DNA of 64,000 nucleotides from the NCBI GenBank assembly GCA_041752695.1, contig JBGSVZ010000046.1, positions 1 to 64,000 of the forward strand. The letters are read 5' to 3'. Positions 27,162 through 37,903 of this stretch are shown in pieces (positions within the stretch are counted from its first letter, which is position 1; each line of letters starts with the position of its first letter). A program made the translations under genes and the position numbers. The stretch comes from Terrimicrobiaceae bacterium (GTDB lineage Bacteria > Verrucomicrobiota > Verrucomicrobiia > Chthoniobacterales > Terrimicrobiaceae). The notes below the pieces were generated by a model. The model saw only the letters and a program-made list of their open reading frames with translations. It ran no database searches and had not been told where the DNA came from.

Positions 27162-27312
27162 ATCCGTACCTTCCGACGTCAGCTGGCCCGAAAACTGCTC
27201 ACTTTTTGCAAAAAACTCTTTCCCATTGGGGAAATTGTGCTTTGTTACGCGGCCTTTGGAGACGAAAAACACATTTGATTTGGAAAGCGCGGAAGCGGGG
27301 ACGCCCTCCCTG

Positions 27313-27909
27313 ATGAATCGCCGTGGCGTGCTTCGTCTTCTGACCCTGACGGGGGCAAGTCTGCTGGCGGGTGGCCAGACTTCGCATGCGTTCATGGATT
27401 TTTTCTCCGGGTATGCCGAGGCGACCCCGGCCACGATGAAAAGCTTGAAGATCCCCGCCGAATGGTCGCGGATCCTCGGGCCGCTCCTGCCGAGCTATGT
27501 GGCCTTTTTGCAAAAACAAAATCTGCGTCACCTGAGTGTGCGCGAGGTGATCGAGCCCCACACCAACGTCCGCGGTACGGTCCACAACTCTCTGCCTCCT
27601 CGTGCCATGTGGGGCAATGTGCGGTCCACTTTGAAGGTGATTGACATGCTGGCACCCCGCCTCGAGGTGCCGGTGAAAAATGTCGTATCGGTCTATCGGT
27701 CTCCCGCCTACAATGCGCGGTGCCGTGGAGCCAAGAGCAATTCCCTGCACATGCGCAACAATGCGGTCGATATCACGTTCGAATGCGCACCCGGCAAAGT
27801 CGCCGCGATGGCCCGAGCCATGCGGGCCGCAGGGCTCTATAAAGGCGGCGTCGGACGCTACGGTGGATTCACCCACATCGACACCCGCGGCGCCAACGCC
27901 GACTGGTAG
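27313..27909 (+). CDS. Tat-exported peptidase M15 (YcbK/DUF882-like)
   Basis: MNRRGVL signal; S.YRSP.YN, SLHM..NAVD, GVG.Y..F.HIDTRG. Confidence 0.85.
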   Translation: MNRRGVLRLLTLTGASLLAGGQTSHAFMDFFSGYAEATPATMKSLKIPAEWSRILGPLLPSYVAFLQKQNLRHLSVREVIEPHTNVRGTVHNSLPPRAMWGNVRSTLKVIDMLAPRLEVPVKNVVSVYRSPAYNARCRGAKSNSLHMRNNAVDITFECAPGKVAAMARAMRAAGLYKGGVGRYGGFTHIDTRGANADW

Positions 27910-27914
27910 TACCT

Positions 27915-29288
27915 TCAGGCGACCGCGGCCGCCCGGGGCTGCGCGACTTGATTTTCCGCCACAAATCGGCCCTCGCCGTCCGCCGCACCCGCCAAAATCA
28001 CACTGAAGGTGCTGCCGCGAGACTCTTCGCTACTCACTTCCAAGCTCGCCCCCGCCAGGTCACACAGTTCGCGCGCCACAAAAAGCCCCATGCCCACGCC
28101 GCCGTATTTCCGCGTCTGTCCCTGATCCACCTGGAAAAACGATTCGAAAACCCTTCCCTGGTGGCCTTGCGGGATGCCGATTCCTTCGTCGGCCACGTCA
28201 AAGCGCAAAGCCCCTCCGTCATCCTGCAGGCGGGCTCGCAGACGGATCGTTCCGCCGTGGGAAAACTTGATCGCGTTGCCCACCAGGATTTCCAGAATGG
28301 CCTCCACCCGGGTCGCATCCAGCACCGCCACATCCGTCCCGGAAGTGTCCACCGAAAACCCGAGCTTAATGTTTTTTCGCGCCGCCGATTGCAGATAGCT
28401 GTCGGTGATCCGCTTGAGAAATGGCGTCAACGCCACTTCGCGGAAATCGTGGTGAACGCTCTCCGCGCCCGTGAGCGCCGCGGCTTCGATCAAGCGCTCG
28501 ATGAGCGCCAGCAGTTCCCCCGCCCCGCGCTGCGCGATGGCCACATACTCGGCCCGCAGATTTTCGTCGCGCTCCTTGGGGAGCAAATCCAGGAAACCCA
28601 CAATCGCATTGAGAGGCGTCCGCATCTCGTGGCTGATGGTGGAAAGAAACCGTGTCTTAGCCTCCTCCGCTTCCATGCGCGCGACGAAGGCATCGGCCAG
28701 CGCCTTCTCCGTAATCTTGCGGATGCTGATGTTCATCGCCACCGCCAGCCGCGCCTCACGGCCAGCGAAGGCCATGGGATGCGACACAATCTCCATCTCG
28801 GCAGGCGACCCATCCTTGCGCTGATGCCGCCAATGCCCAGTGTAGGAATAGGTCTTCACCCTCGCCAGGTGACCGAGGAGTTTTTCGGTGTCTTCCTCCG
28901 GGTGGATCGCCGGCAAAGTCAGCCTCAAAAATTCGCCCTCGTCGTAGCCGTATTCGTCCACCGCCGCCTCGTTCACCGCGAGAATTTCCAGACTCACCGT
29001 ATCGTAAACCAGCACCGGCAGGGGATTGCGTTTAAAAAGCTGTTCGAAGGATTTGTGCGCTTCCTCCCGCTGCTTCTCTGCGGAATTGCGGCCTCGAACA
29101 TAATGCAGGATGAGGAAAAAAATAATCGCCGCGCTGCCCGCCACGAAGGCGATGCCTTTGAGATTTTGCCATCCCCGCGCCACATCGGCATTGCGCTGCG
29201 AAGCCAAATCCACCGCCCAATCGGAAAACACAATGTACAGCCCGGAGAGGAGGGCGTAGTACACCGCGATGCGAAGGGCCACTTTCAT
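27915..29288 (-). CDS. PAS-domain sensor histidine kinase (no adjacent response regulator)
   Basis: 2 TM, PAS (N.AA...YGY), SHEMRTPLN, NAIKF, D.G.GI, F.Q, G.GMGL. Confidence 0.92.
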   Translation of the reverse strand: MKVALRIAVYYALLSGLYIVFSDWAVDLASQRNADVARGWQNLKGIAFVAGSAAIIFFLILHYVRGRNSAEKQREEAHKSFEQLFKRNPLPVLVYDTVSLEILAVNEAAVDEYGYDEGEFLRLTLPAIHPEEDTEKLLGHLARVKTYSYTGHWRHQRKDGSPAEMEIVSHPMAFAGREARLAVAMNISIRKITEKALADAFVARMEAEEAKTRFLSTISHEMRTPLNAIVGFLDLLPKERDENLRAEYVAIAQRGAGELLALIERLIEAAALTGAESVHHDFREVALTPFLKRITDSYLQSAARKNIKLGFSVDTSGTDVAVLDATRVEAILEILVGNAIKFSHGGTIRLRARLQDDGGALRFDVADEGIGIPQGHQGRVFESFFQVDQGQTRKYGGVGMGLFVARELCDLAGASLEVSSEESRGSTFSVILAGAADGEGRFVAENQVAQPRAAAVA

Positions 29289-29523
29289 AACGCGAAAGAC
29301 CGACAGGGTATTCCGGCCCGACTCATGAAACAAGCAAATGTGACCGGTTGCCCAAGTTAACTTCACCCCGCCTCCCCTCGCGAACGTTTTGAGGAGGGTG
29401 GTTCGCCGTCGCGAAAAATCCACCCCTCCGCCCCCAAGCCGCGTGCATACAACGTACATACGCCGAAAAAACAGGGATGCGGTTGGTCTGATTTCTGCTT
29501 TACTAGAAGCGGTTGCCGTTCTC

Positions 29524-30261
29524 ATGCCGTCCCGTAAAATTGCCCTTTTTTCCGACATCCACGGAAATCTCGAAGCTCTTGACGCCGTTCTGTCGGACAT
29601 TTCCGACCGGGGCGTGAATAAGATGATCTGCCTGGGCGATATCGTTGGCTACGGTCCGGACCCCGCGGAATGTGTTTCCCGGATCCGCGATTTGGGATGT
29701 CCCGCCGTGATGGGAAACCATGATCAGGCCTGCTTCGAGCCTGGTCTGGAGGACATGATGAACGACATGGCGCAGGCGGGCATCCAATACTCCCAGCGCA
29801 ATCTGAGCGACAAACAAAAGAAGTGGCTGTCCGACCTTCCGCATGTCATCGAAGCGGAGGATTTTTATGCCGTCCATTCCTCTCTTGATGAAGAGGATTT
29901 CTGGCCCTACGTCCTGGCCCGCACCGACGCAGCGCGGCATTTTCGCTATCAAAAAAAGGCCCTCGCGTTTTGTGGCCACACCCACCGCCCCGCCATTTGG
30001 AAGCAGGAAGGACGCGCCATCCGCACGCCCCTGGTGGAGCCTTCGCTCAAACTCGACCCCGCTTCCCGCCACTTGATCAATGTCGGCTCGGTCGGCCAGC
30101 CCCGCAATGCCCGCAGTGAGGCCAGTTACGTTCTCTACGATCCCCACTCCGCCACGGTGGAGTTCCAGCTGGTCCCCTACGATTTTTTCACGACGCAGAA
30201 CAAGATCCTCGACGCCGGCCTGCCCGCCTTTCTGGCCCTTCGTCTCGAACTGGGCCGCTGA
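29524..30261 (+). CDS. Metallophosphoesterase family protein
   Basis: SDIHGN, LGDIVGYGP, GNHD, GHTH, NVGSVGQPR. Confidence 0.9.
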   Translation: MPSRKIALFSDIHGNLEALDAVLSDISDRGVNKMICLGDIVGYGPDPAECVSRIRDLGCPAVMGNHDQACFEPGLEDMMNDMAQAGIQYSQRNLSDKQKKWLSDLPHVIEAEDFYAVHSSLDEEDFWPYVLARTDAARHFRYQKKALAFCGHTHRPAIWKQEGRAIRTPLVEPSLKLDPASRHLINVGSVGQPRNARSEASYVLYDPHSATVEFQLVPYDFFTTQNKILDAGLPAFLALRLELGR

Positions 30262-30263
30262 GC

Positions 30264-30668
30264 ATGCGCGCCGCCCTGCTCCTGCTGATCAGCCTCAGCA
30301 CCTGCCTGGCTGGGCTTCCCGTGAAGGTCGCGGTCATTAATTTCGGCACCTCGGATTCGTCCAATTTGGTCGCAAAGGAAATCGCCAAACTCGACGGCGT
30401 CGTGGTGATTCACGAGCGGTTGGAGTCGAAGACCGAGGGAAACGAGACACTGACCAACGAGGAGCGGAAGGCTCTCGGGGTGGTCTTCCGCTCGGAGCTG
30501 CTCTTAGTCATCAACGGAAAGGGCGATTCCTTTGCTTATGTGGACGCGAGCACGGGCGAAGAGCTCTTCCGCATTCGCGAAGATTCCACCGCCAGCCTCG
30601 TGCGATCAGCTTTTGCCTTGGTGGAAGAGCTACGCGATGCCGAAAAGGCTCTTCCCCAGCCGCCATAG
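30264..30668 (+). CDS. Hypothetical secreted protein
   Basis: Signal peptide; 2 nt after upstream stop. Confidence 0.6.
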   Translation: MRAALLLLISLSTCLAGLPVKVAVINFGTSDSSNLVAKEIAKLDGVVVIHERLESKTEGNETLTNEERKALGVVFRSELLLVINGKGDSFAYVDASTGEELFRIREDSTASLVRSAFALVEELRDAEKALPQPP

Positions 30669-30690
30669 AACGGCCACGGCAGACCTCTCC

Positions 30691-31179
30691 ATGCCTGACA
30701 TCTCCCGCACCGAGGCTGTCGGTACAACCGCGGCCGTCTCCCTGGGCGCGCTCCTGCTCGGCGTGACCTCCTGGTCGTTTAACACCGACCCGATGTGGGC
30801 CATCATTTCGTTTGTCTTGGTCTATGATCCCGACGTGCAGTCTGCGCGGAAAGCCGGCCTCTCGCGACTGGCCCTCACGGTCCTGGGATCGGTTGTGGCG
30901 ATGGCCGCGGTCTCCACCTTCGGGCTGCAAAAGTGGGTACTTCCTCTCAGCCTCGCCCTCACCGCACTGATTTGCTCGACCTTCCTCCGGTCACGCGCCG
31001 GCTGGCGGGTCGTGCTCGTGACCGTGGCCCTCATCGTGGGCTCATCCCTCCTCCAACCCACGATCGGACCTTACATCGCCGTGACACGGTCCATCGAAGT
31101 CACGGGCGGCAGCCTCCTCGCCATCGTATTTTCGACCCTGGCGGCGAGGCTGAATTCGCGACTGACCACCAAAGCTTGA
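30691..31179 (+). CDS. FUSC-like membrane protein
   Basis: WAIIS..LV....Q, SRL..T.LG, R..EV..G motifs. Confidence 0.7.
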   Translation: MPDISRTEAVGTTAAVSLGALLLGVTSWSFNTDPMWAIISFVLVYDPDVQSARKAGLSRLALTVLGSVVAMAAVSTFGLQKWVLPLSLALTALICSTFLRSRAGWRVVLVTVALIVGSSLLQPTIGPYIAVTRSIEVTGGSLLAIVFSTLAARLNSRLTTKA

Positions 31180-31188
31180 AGCGGCCGA

Positions 31189-31977
31189 CTACGCAATGTG
31201 ACGTACCAGCCCGCCGTCCACACGCACTGCGGCGCCATTGATGGCGGAGGCGAGGGGGCTGCAGAGAAAGGTGACGGCATCGCCGATTTCCCTTGGGTCG
31301 ATCAGCCGTTCGATGAGCGACGTCGGGCGGTTCTCCCGCATAAAACGGCGCTCGGCGTCGGCTTCAGAAAGCTCCGGGAAAATGTCCGCGATGAATTTCG
31401 TCACACCTTCTGTTTTCGTGGAGCCGGGCAGAACGGTGTTGACCGTGACCCGTGAACCTTTGGTCAACTCCGCCAGACTGCGCGAGATCGAGAGCTGCAT
31501 GGTCTTGGTCGCGCTGTAGTGGGCCATCTCGGGAGCGGGCGTGAGGCCGGATTCGCTGGAAATGAAAATCACTCGGCCCGCATTGGTCTCGATCATCTTT
31601 TTCAAGTAGTGGCGCGCCAAACGCACCCCGCTCATGATGTTCACCTCAAAGAGCCGTAACCAGGCTTCGTCCGTCTCTTCAAAGAAGCCCACGGCCTCGT
31701 AAATGCCGAGGTTATTGACGAGGATATCCACGGTAGGAAATGCCTGGATCGTGGCTGCCGCGCCTTCCGCTGTGCCGTTGTCCGAGGCCAGGGTTTCCAG
31801 GCAGGCCGCGGGATGGGTGCGGCGAACTTCCGCCGCCGCCTTTTCCACCGAGGCGGCGGAGCGTCCATTGAGAATCACCCGGGCTCCCTCGGCGGCGAGG
31901 GAGCGGGCGATTTCGAGGCCGATGCCGCCGGTGGAGGCGGTGACGAGGGCGAGTTTGCCGGCAAGTTGGAGATCCAT
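31189..31977 (-). CDS. SDR family oxidoreductase
   Basis: [21 protein letters not shown]. Confidence 0.92.
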   Translation of the reverse strand: MDLQLAGKLALVTASTGGIGLEIARSLAAEGARVILNGRSAASVEKAAAEVRRTHPAACLETLASDNGTAEGAAATIQAFPTVDILVNNLGIYEAVGFFEETDEAWLRLFEVNIMSGVRLARHYLKKMIETNAGRVIFISSESGLTPAPEMAHYSATKTMQLSISRSLAELTKGSRVTVNTVLPGSTKTEGVTKFIADIFPELSEADAERRFMRENRPTSLIERLIDPREIGDAVTFLCSPLASAINGAAVRVDGGLVRHIA

Positions 31978-32432
31978 CAAGGTTTGCCGCCGTAACTCAC
32001 GTGATCGTCGAGATCGAGCAGGTGGAACAGCGTGTTGATGTCCGTGCGATCGGGCGCGATCTTGGCATGAGTTTCCTGAAGGAATCCGCGCATGCCCAGA
32101 TCTTCCGGCGTGGTGTGTTCGGCGTAATTCGACCAGGCGGCGATTTCGGGGGCGGACGGTTTGTTTTTGCTGTTGGCCAAAATCCAGGCGAGGGCTTCGC
32201 CGTCCCCCTCACCAGCGGCGAGTTGCGCCTTCAGACCCTCGGCGTCGAAGTCGAGGAACCCTTTGAGGTATCCATCGAGCGGACAATCATAATGATAGTC
32301 TCCGAGGGTTCCGGCAAGGGCGGCACGGCCTTTGTCGAGCATGCGGGGCAGGATGACGAATCCGCCAAGGCGGACGCGCGGGCTGCGGGGTGGGCGTTTC
32401 GTGAGGTCGGGGGCTTTGCTGTCTGTGTTCAT
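31977..32432 (-). CDS. DUF5069-type protein
   Basis: [20 protein letters not shown]...G.LGDY...CPLD...DLDD. Confidence 0.75.
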   Translation of the reverse strand: MNTDSKAPDLTKRPPRSPRVRLGGFVILPRMLDKGRAALAGTLGDYHYDCPLDGYLKGFLDFDAEGLKAQLAAGEGDGEALAWILANSKNKPSAPEIAAWSNYAEHTTPEDLGMRGFLQETHAKIAPDRTDINTLFHLLDLDDHVSYGGKP

Positions 32433-32442
32433 AGTTTTTTAG

Positions 32443-33477
32443 TTAGTTAGTTGGGAAAGGGTTGCGTTCGGTGAAATTTAGTTGGTGAAAATACGGATAC
32501 GTCAGCGGCACCGCACTGGCGGCATCGAGACGGGCGACTTGATCGACGCTAAGATTCCACCCGACGGCTCCGAGGTTTTGCCGAAGCTGTTCCTCGTTGC
32601 GCGCGCCGATCACGATGGTGGAAACCGTGGGCCGCTGGAGCAGCCAGTTAAGGGCGATCTGCGGAACGGTTTTCCCGGTTTCCGCGGCGATTTCGTCAAG
32701 CACATCCACCACCCGGTAAAGAAGTTCGTCCTCCACCTGCGGGCCGACATCCACATTGAGCTTCGATTGCAGACGGCTGCCAGCGGGCACCGGTTGGCCG
32801 CGGCGAATCTTGCCGGTGAGGCGGGCCCAGCCGAGCGGACTCCACACCACCGCACCAACTTTTTGATCAACTCCCAGCGGCATGAGTTCCCATTCGTAAC
32901 TGCGGCCCACCAGCGAATAATAGGCCTGATGCGCCACGTAGCGTGGGTAGCCGTATTTTTCGGAGACGGCGAGAGACTTCATAAGGTGCCACCCGGAGAA
33001 ATTCGAGCAGCCCACGTAGCGGATTTTTCCGGCGCGCACGAGATCGTCCAGCGCGCTGAGCGTTTCCTCGACCGGCGTGAGGGCGTCGAAGCTATGAAGT
33101 TGGAAAAGATCGATGTAGTCGGTGCGCAGGCGCTTCAGCGCGGAATTCACCGCGTTGATCAAATGAAACCGCGAGGAGCCGACATCGTTGGGCCCGTCGC
33201 CGGAACGAAAGGTCGCCTTGGTCGAGATGAGGACTTTGTCGCGGCGTCCGCCGACCGCTTCACCGAGGATCTCCTCGGCCGCGCCGCCTGAGTACACATC
33301 CGCGCTGTCAAACATCGTCAGCCCCGCATCAAGACAGACGTCCACCAGCCGCCTGGCCTCCGCCACATCGCTGGCTCCCCAGGCGGCAAAGAGTTCACCC
33401 TTTCCGCCGAAGGTTCCGGTTCCTAATGTTAATACCGGAACTTTGAGTCCCGATCCGCCAAGTTGTCTGTATTCCAT
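32443..33477 (-). CDS. Aldo/keto reductase
   Basis: LG.SGLKV..L.LGT, FDSADVY, LRTDYIDL, GK.RY.G.SN, WSPL. Confidence 0.93.
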   Translation of the reverse strand: MEYRQLGGSGLKVPVLTLGTGTFGGKGELFAAWGASDVAEARRLVDVCLDAGLTMFDSADVYSGGAAEEILGEAVGGRRDKVLISTKATFRSGDGPNDVGSSRFHLINAVNSALKRLRTDYIDLFQLHSFDALTPVEETLSALDDLVRAGKIRYVGCSNFSGWHLMKSLAVSEKYGYPRYVAHQAYYSLVGRSYEWELMPLGVDQKVGAVVWSPLGWARLTGKIRRGQPVPAGSRLQSKLNVDVGPQVEDELLYRVVDVLDEIAAETGKTVPQIALNWLLQRPTVSTIVIGARNEEQLRQNLGAVGWNLSVDQVARLDAASAVPLTYPYFHQLNFTERNPFPTN

Positions 33478-33481
33478 AATC

Positions 33482-34489
33482 CTAAAAAGTGAGGACGACC
33501 TTGCCGAAGTGCTCGCCACTTTGCAGATGCCGGTAAGCCTCCACGGCATCGGCGAAGGCAAACTCCCGATCAATGACGGGCCTGAGCGCGTGGCGTGCGA
33601 TGGCTCGATTCATCGCCTCGAACATCTCGCGGTTGCCCACATAAATGCCGCGGATGAGCGCATTGCGGCCGATGATGTCCAACAACGGGGTCTGGGTCGT
33701 AAATCCACTCACGCCGCCAATCACGCTGATCGTCCCGCCCAGGGCAAGAGCCTGGAGCGATTTGGCAAAGGTGTCGGAGCCGCCAACTTCCAGCACATGA
33801 TGGACGCCGACCTTGCCGGTCAGCCGGAAGACCTCGCGCTCCCAATCGGGCGTGGTGCGGTAGTTGATGGTGTAGTCCGCGCCGAGCGCGCTGGCGCGTG
33901 CGAGCTTTTCGTCACTGCTGGAAGTGAGAATGACACGGGCGCCGTGCATTTTGGCGAACTGCAGGCCGAAGAGCGACACACCGCCGGTGCCTTGCAGCAG
34001 CACGGTGTCGGAGGCACTGACCCCACCTTGGAAAACCAGCGCGTTCCAGGCCGTCAGCGCCGCGCAAGGGAGGGTGGCCGCTTCGGCAAAACTGAGATGC
34101 TCCGGAACGGAAACCACGCCATCGGCGGAAAAGACCACCTTCTCCGCCAGCACTCCATCAATCGCTCCGCCGAGGGCGGATTCGCTCACGCCGCGATGCA
34201 GGCCTCCACGGTGCCAGTTCTGGAAAAATGTTCCCGCCACCCGGTCGCCGGGTTTCCATTGGGAAACGCCCTCGCCCACGGCGAGGATTTCTCCGGCACC
34301 ATCGGAAAGCGGCACGCGGGGAAGGTCGACTTTGCCATAGTTTCCGCTGATGACCATAAGGTCGCGGAAATTGAGCGAGGCGGCGCGAAGCCCCACCAAT
34401 ACTTGTCCGGCGGCAGGTTGAGGGTCCGGGAAATCGACGAGCCTGAGGCCATCCAGACTTCCGGTGGAAACAACGTGATAAGCTTTCAT
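33482..34489 (-). CDS. MDR-family NAD(P)-dependent oxidoreductase
   Basis: [36 protein letters not shown]. Confidence 0.9.
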   Translation of the reverse strand: MKAYHVVSTGSLDGLRLVDFPDPQPAAGQVLVGLRAASLNFRDLMVISGNYGKVDLPRVPLSDGAGEILAVGEGVSQWKPGDRVAGTFFQNWHRGGLHRGVSESALGGAIDGVLAEKVVFSADGVVSVPEHLSFAEAATLPCAALTAWNALVFQGGVSASDTVLLQGTGGVSLFGLQFAKMHGARVILTSSSDEKLARASALGADYTINYRTTPDWEREVFRLTGKVGVHHVLEVGGSDTFAKSLQALALGGTISVIGGVSGFTTQTPLLDIIGRNALIRGIYVGNREMFEAMNRAIARHALRPVIDREFAFADAVEAYRHLQSGEHFGKVVLTF

Positions 34490-35526
34490 CGGGCGTTCTT
34501 GAGAGAGGCGTTAAGCTGGGGAATTTGGGAAAATACTTCGGCCAGGATTTCAAACGACCGCAGGCGCGCCTGGTGGTCGTAAATATGGGCCGTGGCCACG
34601 ATCTCGTCCGCCCCTGTCGCGGCCAGGATGGCTTCCAAGCTTTGGTGCACCGTATCCGGCCCACCGACGACAGACACTTGCGTCATGCGACCCACGTGGG
34701 CCGCTTCGATGGGATTCCATCGGCCGTCCATGGTTTCCACCGGCGGCGGCATTTGTTTCGGATGGCCGCGGATGAGGTTAAGGAAAAGCTGCTGAAGGGT
34801 GGTGAAAAGCCGCTCCGCCTCGGCGTCGGTGTCGGCGGCAAACACATTCACGCCGACCATGGCATGGGGCGCGGAGAGCGACGCGGACGGTTGAAATTGC
34901 GAACGATAAATTTGGAGAGCCGGTTGCAGATAGTCCGGCGCGAAGTGGGAAGCAAAGGCAAAGGGCAGGCCCATTTTGGCGGCAAGTTCCGCGCTGAAGG
35001 TACTCGAACCCAGCAGATAGATCGGCACCTCGAGCCCCTCTCCCGGAATGGCCCGCGGAGCCGCCCCCCGGTTGGGTGAAGCCCGAAAATATCCCTGGAG
35101 TTCGCGGACATCCTGCGGGAACGAGTCGCCGCTGCTGCCGAGGTTACGACGCAGGGCGCGGGCCGTCAGTTGATCCCCGCCCGGAGCGCGGCCGAGCCCG
35201 AGATCAATCCGCCCGGGAAAAAGCGACTCCAGCGTGCCGAATTGTTCCGCAATGACCAGCGGCGCGTGATTCGGCAGCATGATCCCGCCGGACCCCACAC
35301 GGATGTGTGAAGTGCCCGCTGCGATGTGGCCGATGACGACCGACGTCGCCGCGCTGGCCACGCCGGGAATGTTGTGGTGCTCAGCCACCCAATAACGGTG
35401 GAATCCCCAAGCCTCCGCATGGCGGGCCAGGTCGAGCGAGTGGCGAAACGCCTCCGCCGCCGTGCCGCCTTGCGGGATCGGGCACAGGTCGAGAACCGAC
35501 AACAAAATGTCAGACCGGGACTTCAT
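34486..35526 (-). CDS. LLM-class (luciferase-like) flavin monooxygenase
   Basis: [34 protein letters not shown]. Confidence 0.92.
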   Translation of the reverse strand: MKSRSDILLSVLDLCPIPQGGTAAEAFRHSLDLARHAEAWGFHRYWVAEHHNIPGVASAATSVVIGHIAAGTSHIRVGSGGIMLPNHAPLVIAEQFGTLESLFPGRIDLGLGRAPGGDQLTARALRRNLGSSGDSFPQDVRELQGYFRASPNRGAAPRAIPGEGLEVPIYLLGSSTFSAELAAKMGLPFAFASHFAPDYLQPALQIYRSQFQPSASLSAPHAMVGVNVFAADTDAEAERLFTTLQQLFLNLIRGHPKQMPPPVETMDGRWNPIEAAHVGRMTQVSVVGGPDTVHQSLEAILAATGADEIVATAHIYDHQARLRSFEILAEVFSQIPQLNASLKNAR

Positions 35527-36583
35527 CAGGTTGGTAAAACGGATAATCGGTGTATCCCTTCGCCCCGGGGGCATAAAAGGTGGACGGATCCGGGGCATTG
35601 AGCGGCGCTCCCAGACGAAAACGTTCGGGCAGGTCCGGGTTGGCGATGTAAGGGACGCCGAACGCCACCGCGTCCGCCTCGCCCGCCGCCAGCGCCGCAT
35701 TGCCGGTTTCCAGGGTGAACTTTTCGTTGGCGACATACACGCCTCCGAAGGCTTCTTTCAATTTGGGCCCGATGCGATTGTCGCCGAGCGCCTCCCGGGC
35801 GCAGATAAACGCGATCCCGCGGCGGCCCAGCTCCTTCGCCACATAACCAAACGTCGCCAGCGAATCCGAATCGCCCATGTCGTGGGCGTCGCCCCGCGGA
35901 GCGAGGTGCATACCGACCCGATCTGCTCCCCAGACGGAAATGACCGCGTCCGTCGCCTCCAGCATCAGGCGGGCCCGGTTTTCGATCGGCCCGCCGTATT
36001 CGTCCGCGCGGTGGTTCGTCGAGTCCTGCAAAAACTGGTCGAGCAGGTACCCATTGGCACCATGAAGTTCCACGCCGTCAAATCCCGCCGCCAGCGCGTT
36101 TTCCGCGCCCTTGCGATAGGCCGCGATGATGCCGGGAATTTCTTCCAGGGTCAGCGCCCGCGGTGTGACAAATTCCTTGATTGGTCGCACGAGACTCACA
36201 TGCCCGGCCGGCCGGATGGCGCTCGGAGCAACCGGCGTTTCACCGTTGAGAAAGAGTGGATCCGAGATGCGCCCCACATGCCAGAGTTGGAGCGCAATGT
36301 GTCCGCCCCGCTCGTGGACGGCCTGCGTAATCAGTTTCCACCCCTCCACCTGTTCCTGCGACCAGATTCCGGGTGTCTCCGCATAACCCACACCCATCGG
36401 CGTCACCGAGGTCGCCTCCGTGAGAATAAAACCGGCCGTGGAACGCTGACGGTAATATTCCGCCATTAGCGCGTTGGGCACCCGTTCCGTCCCGGCGCGG
36501 CTGCGCGTGAGCGGGGCGAGAAAAATGCGGTTCGGGAGGTTCCACGCTCCGACGGTCAGGGGATCGAATAAGGTTTTTGCCAT
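35510..36583 (-). CDS. nemA: Old yellow enzyme alkene reductase (NemA/XenB-like)
   Basis: [37 protein letters not shown]. Confidence 0.92.
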   Translation of the reverse strand: MAKTLFDPLTVGAWNLPNRIFLAPLTRSRAGTERVPNALMAEYYRQRSTAGFILTEATSVTPMGVGYAETPGIWSQEQVEGWKLITQAVHERGGHIALQLWHVGRISDPLFLNGETPVAPSAIRPAGHVSLVRPIKEFVTPRALTLEEIPGIIAAYRKGAENALAAGFDGVELHGANGYLLDQFLQDSTNHRADEYGGPIENRARLMLEATDAVISVWGADRVGMHLAPRGDAHDMGDSDSLATFGYVAKELGRRGIAFICAREALGDNRIGPKLKEAFGGVYVANEKFTLETGNAALAAGEADAVAFGVPYIANPDLPERFRLGAPLNAPDPSTFYAPGAKGYTDYPFYQPDEVPV

Positions 36584-36597
36584 AGGGTGTTATATAA

Positions 36598-36613
36598 TTG
36601 ACTGGTCAGTAAA
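36598..36613. promoter_or_regulatory. Candidate NemR-type operator 2
   Basis: TTGACTGGTCAGTAAA, 13/16 identical to the operator at 37257; directly upstream of nemA. Confidence 0.65.
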
Positions 36614-36631
36614 GGCTTCGTTCAGAAAAAG

Positions 36632-37243
36632 TCAGACGAAAGCCGCTTCGGCGCGAGCGTCGAGCAGGCGAAAGATATTGGCTTTCAGATCGCGCAGGGG
36701 GTCGAGGCTGTTGAGGATTTTAGCCTGGAGCAGAGCGCCTTGAAAAAGGGAGAAACCCCGTTCGGCGGCCTCGCGCGGGTTACCCTCCGGGATCAGTCCC
36801 TCACTCTGCGCATCCCGGATGGCGGATTCCAGATACCGGATATACCGACGCAAAATTTCCGCGGCTTTGAGTCGGATGTTTTCCTCCTGCGTGCTCAGCT
36901 CCGCGCCCAGCGTAATCATCGGACAGCCGCAGACTTTTCCGTAAGCAGCCAGCTTGTTCTCCTGACCGCGAAGGGCCCCGTCGCAAAAACCTTCCAATCG
37001 GGCCAGCGGGGGAATCTGCGGCGAAAAAAGGGCATCCAGATCGGGCTGCTTGCTTTTCCAGTCCGCCTCCATCGCCGCCACAGTGAGGTCGGACTTCGAC
37101 GGGAAAAAATGGTAAAAACTGCCCTTCTTCACCCCAGCCTTGCGGCAGATATCATCTACGCTCACCGAGCCGTAGCTGCTTTCCCAAATGAGCTCCATCG
37201 CCGTGCTCAAGAGCCGGCCTTTGGATTCGCATTCGGATTTCAT
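36632..37243 (-). CDS. TetR family regulator, NemR-like
   Basis: TetR HTH (V.DIC.KAGV.KGSFYH.F.SK), GCP motif, QGA.L.AK; heads the oxidoreductase operon. Confidence 0.88.
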   Translation of the reverse strand: MKSECESKGRLLSTAMELIWESSYGSVSVDDICRKAGVKKGSFYHFFPSKSDLTVAAMEADWKSKQPDLDALFSPQIPPLARLEGFCDGALRGQENKLAAYGKVCGCPMITLGAELSTQEENIRLKAAEILRRYIRYLESAIRDAQSEGLIPEGNPREAAERGFSLFQGALLQAKILNSLDPLRDLKANIFRLLDARAEAAFV

Positions 37244-37249
37244 GAGGGG

Positions 37250-37279
37250 ACTATAGTTGACTGATCGGTCAATTGTCAA
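37250..37279 (-). promoter_or_regulatory. Promoter with operator in the spacer (candidate NemR-type operator 1)
   Basis: Minus strand TTGACA-18 nt-TATAGT, 6 nt before ATG; spacer holds palindrome TTGACTGATCGGTCAA (37257-37272). Confidence 0.72.
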
Positions 37280-37320
37280 ATCCGGAGGATCTCTTTTCAT
37301 CAGAAAATCATCTCGCCTCT

Positions 37321-37336
37321 ATTCTAGTGCTAGAAT
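37321..37336. promoter_or_regulatory. Candidate PadR operator
   Basis: Perfect inverted repeat ATTCTAG-TG-CTAGAAT; degenerate copy at 37341-37356. Confidence 0.6.
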
Positions 37337-37356
37337 TACGATTCTCCAACTAGAGG

Positions 37357-37893
37357 ATGAAAAGCAAGACCCTGACCGACAATGAACTCCTGGTTCTCGG
37401 CCTGGTGGCGGAAATGCCCCGGCACGGGTACGAGCTGGAGCAGATCCTGATCGGGCGGGGAATGCGCGAGTGGACCCAGATCGGATTTTCCTCCATTTAT
37501 TTCGTTCTCGGCCAGCTGGAAAAGAAGAGTCTGGTCGTGGCCGGGAAGCCGGCGAGCGCCAAAGCAAAAAAGAGCTTTTCGATCACGGAGACAGGCCGCC
37601 AGGCCCTGGTCAAGGAAACCCTGGCGGCGCTCGCAAACATTCGGTCCTCATCCTCTCCACTGCTCATCGGCATGTTGCACTGGTTCGTTCTCAGCCGTGA
37701 CGAGGCGCTGGGAGCTCTGCAAAAGCGCGGCGAGTTGATCCGGCGGGAACTTGTCCGCCTGGAGTCCATCCAATTCGAGCAGCAGCCCCTGCCGGACCAT
37801 GTGGATGCCCTTTTCGACTATTCCCTCCATCAACTCCGGGCCGAATCCAAGTGGATCAGCAAAACCTTGAAGTACATGCGAACCAAACCCTGA
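37357..37893 (+). CDS. PadR family transcriptional regulator
   Basis: LGL.AE.PRHGYEL, SIY..L.QLE, F.ITE.GR. Confidence 0.9.
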   Translation: MKSKTLTDNELLVLGLVAEMPRHGYELEQILIGRGMREWTQIGFSSIYFVLGQLEKKSLVVAGKPASAKAKKSFSITETGRQALVKETLAALANIRSSSSPLLIGMLHWFVLSRDEALGALQKRGELIRRELVRLESIQFEQQPLPDHVDALFDYSLHQLRAESKWISKTLKYMRTKP

Positions 37894-37903
37894 AACCCAC
37901 CCC

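Noticed and set aside
27200..27250. Palindromes (TTTTTGCAAAAA and neighbours) upstream of the oxidase operon as FNR/Rex sites
   Set aside because: Low complexity and a poor match to either consensus.
32436..32452. TTAG/TAAC short tandem repeat at the aldo/keto reductase stop
   Set aside because: Three units in an AT-rich translation-initiation region; no evidence of function.
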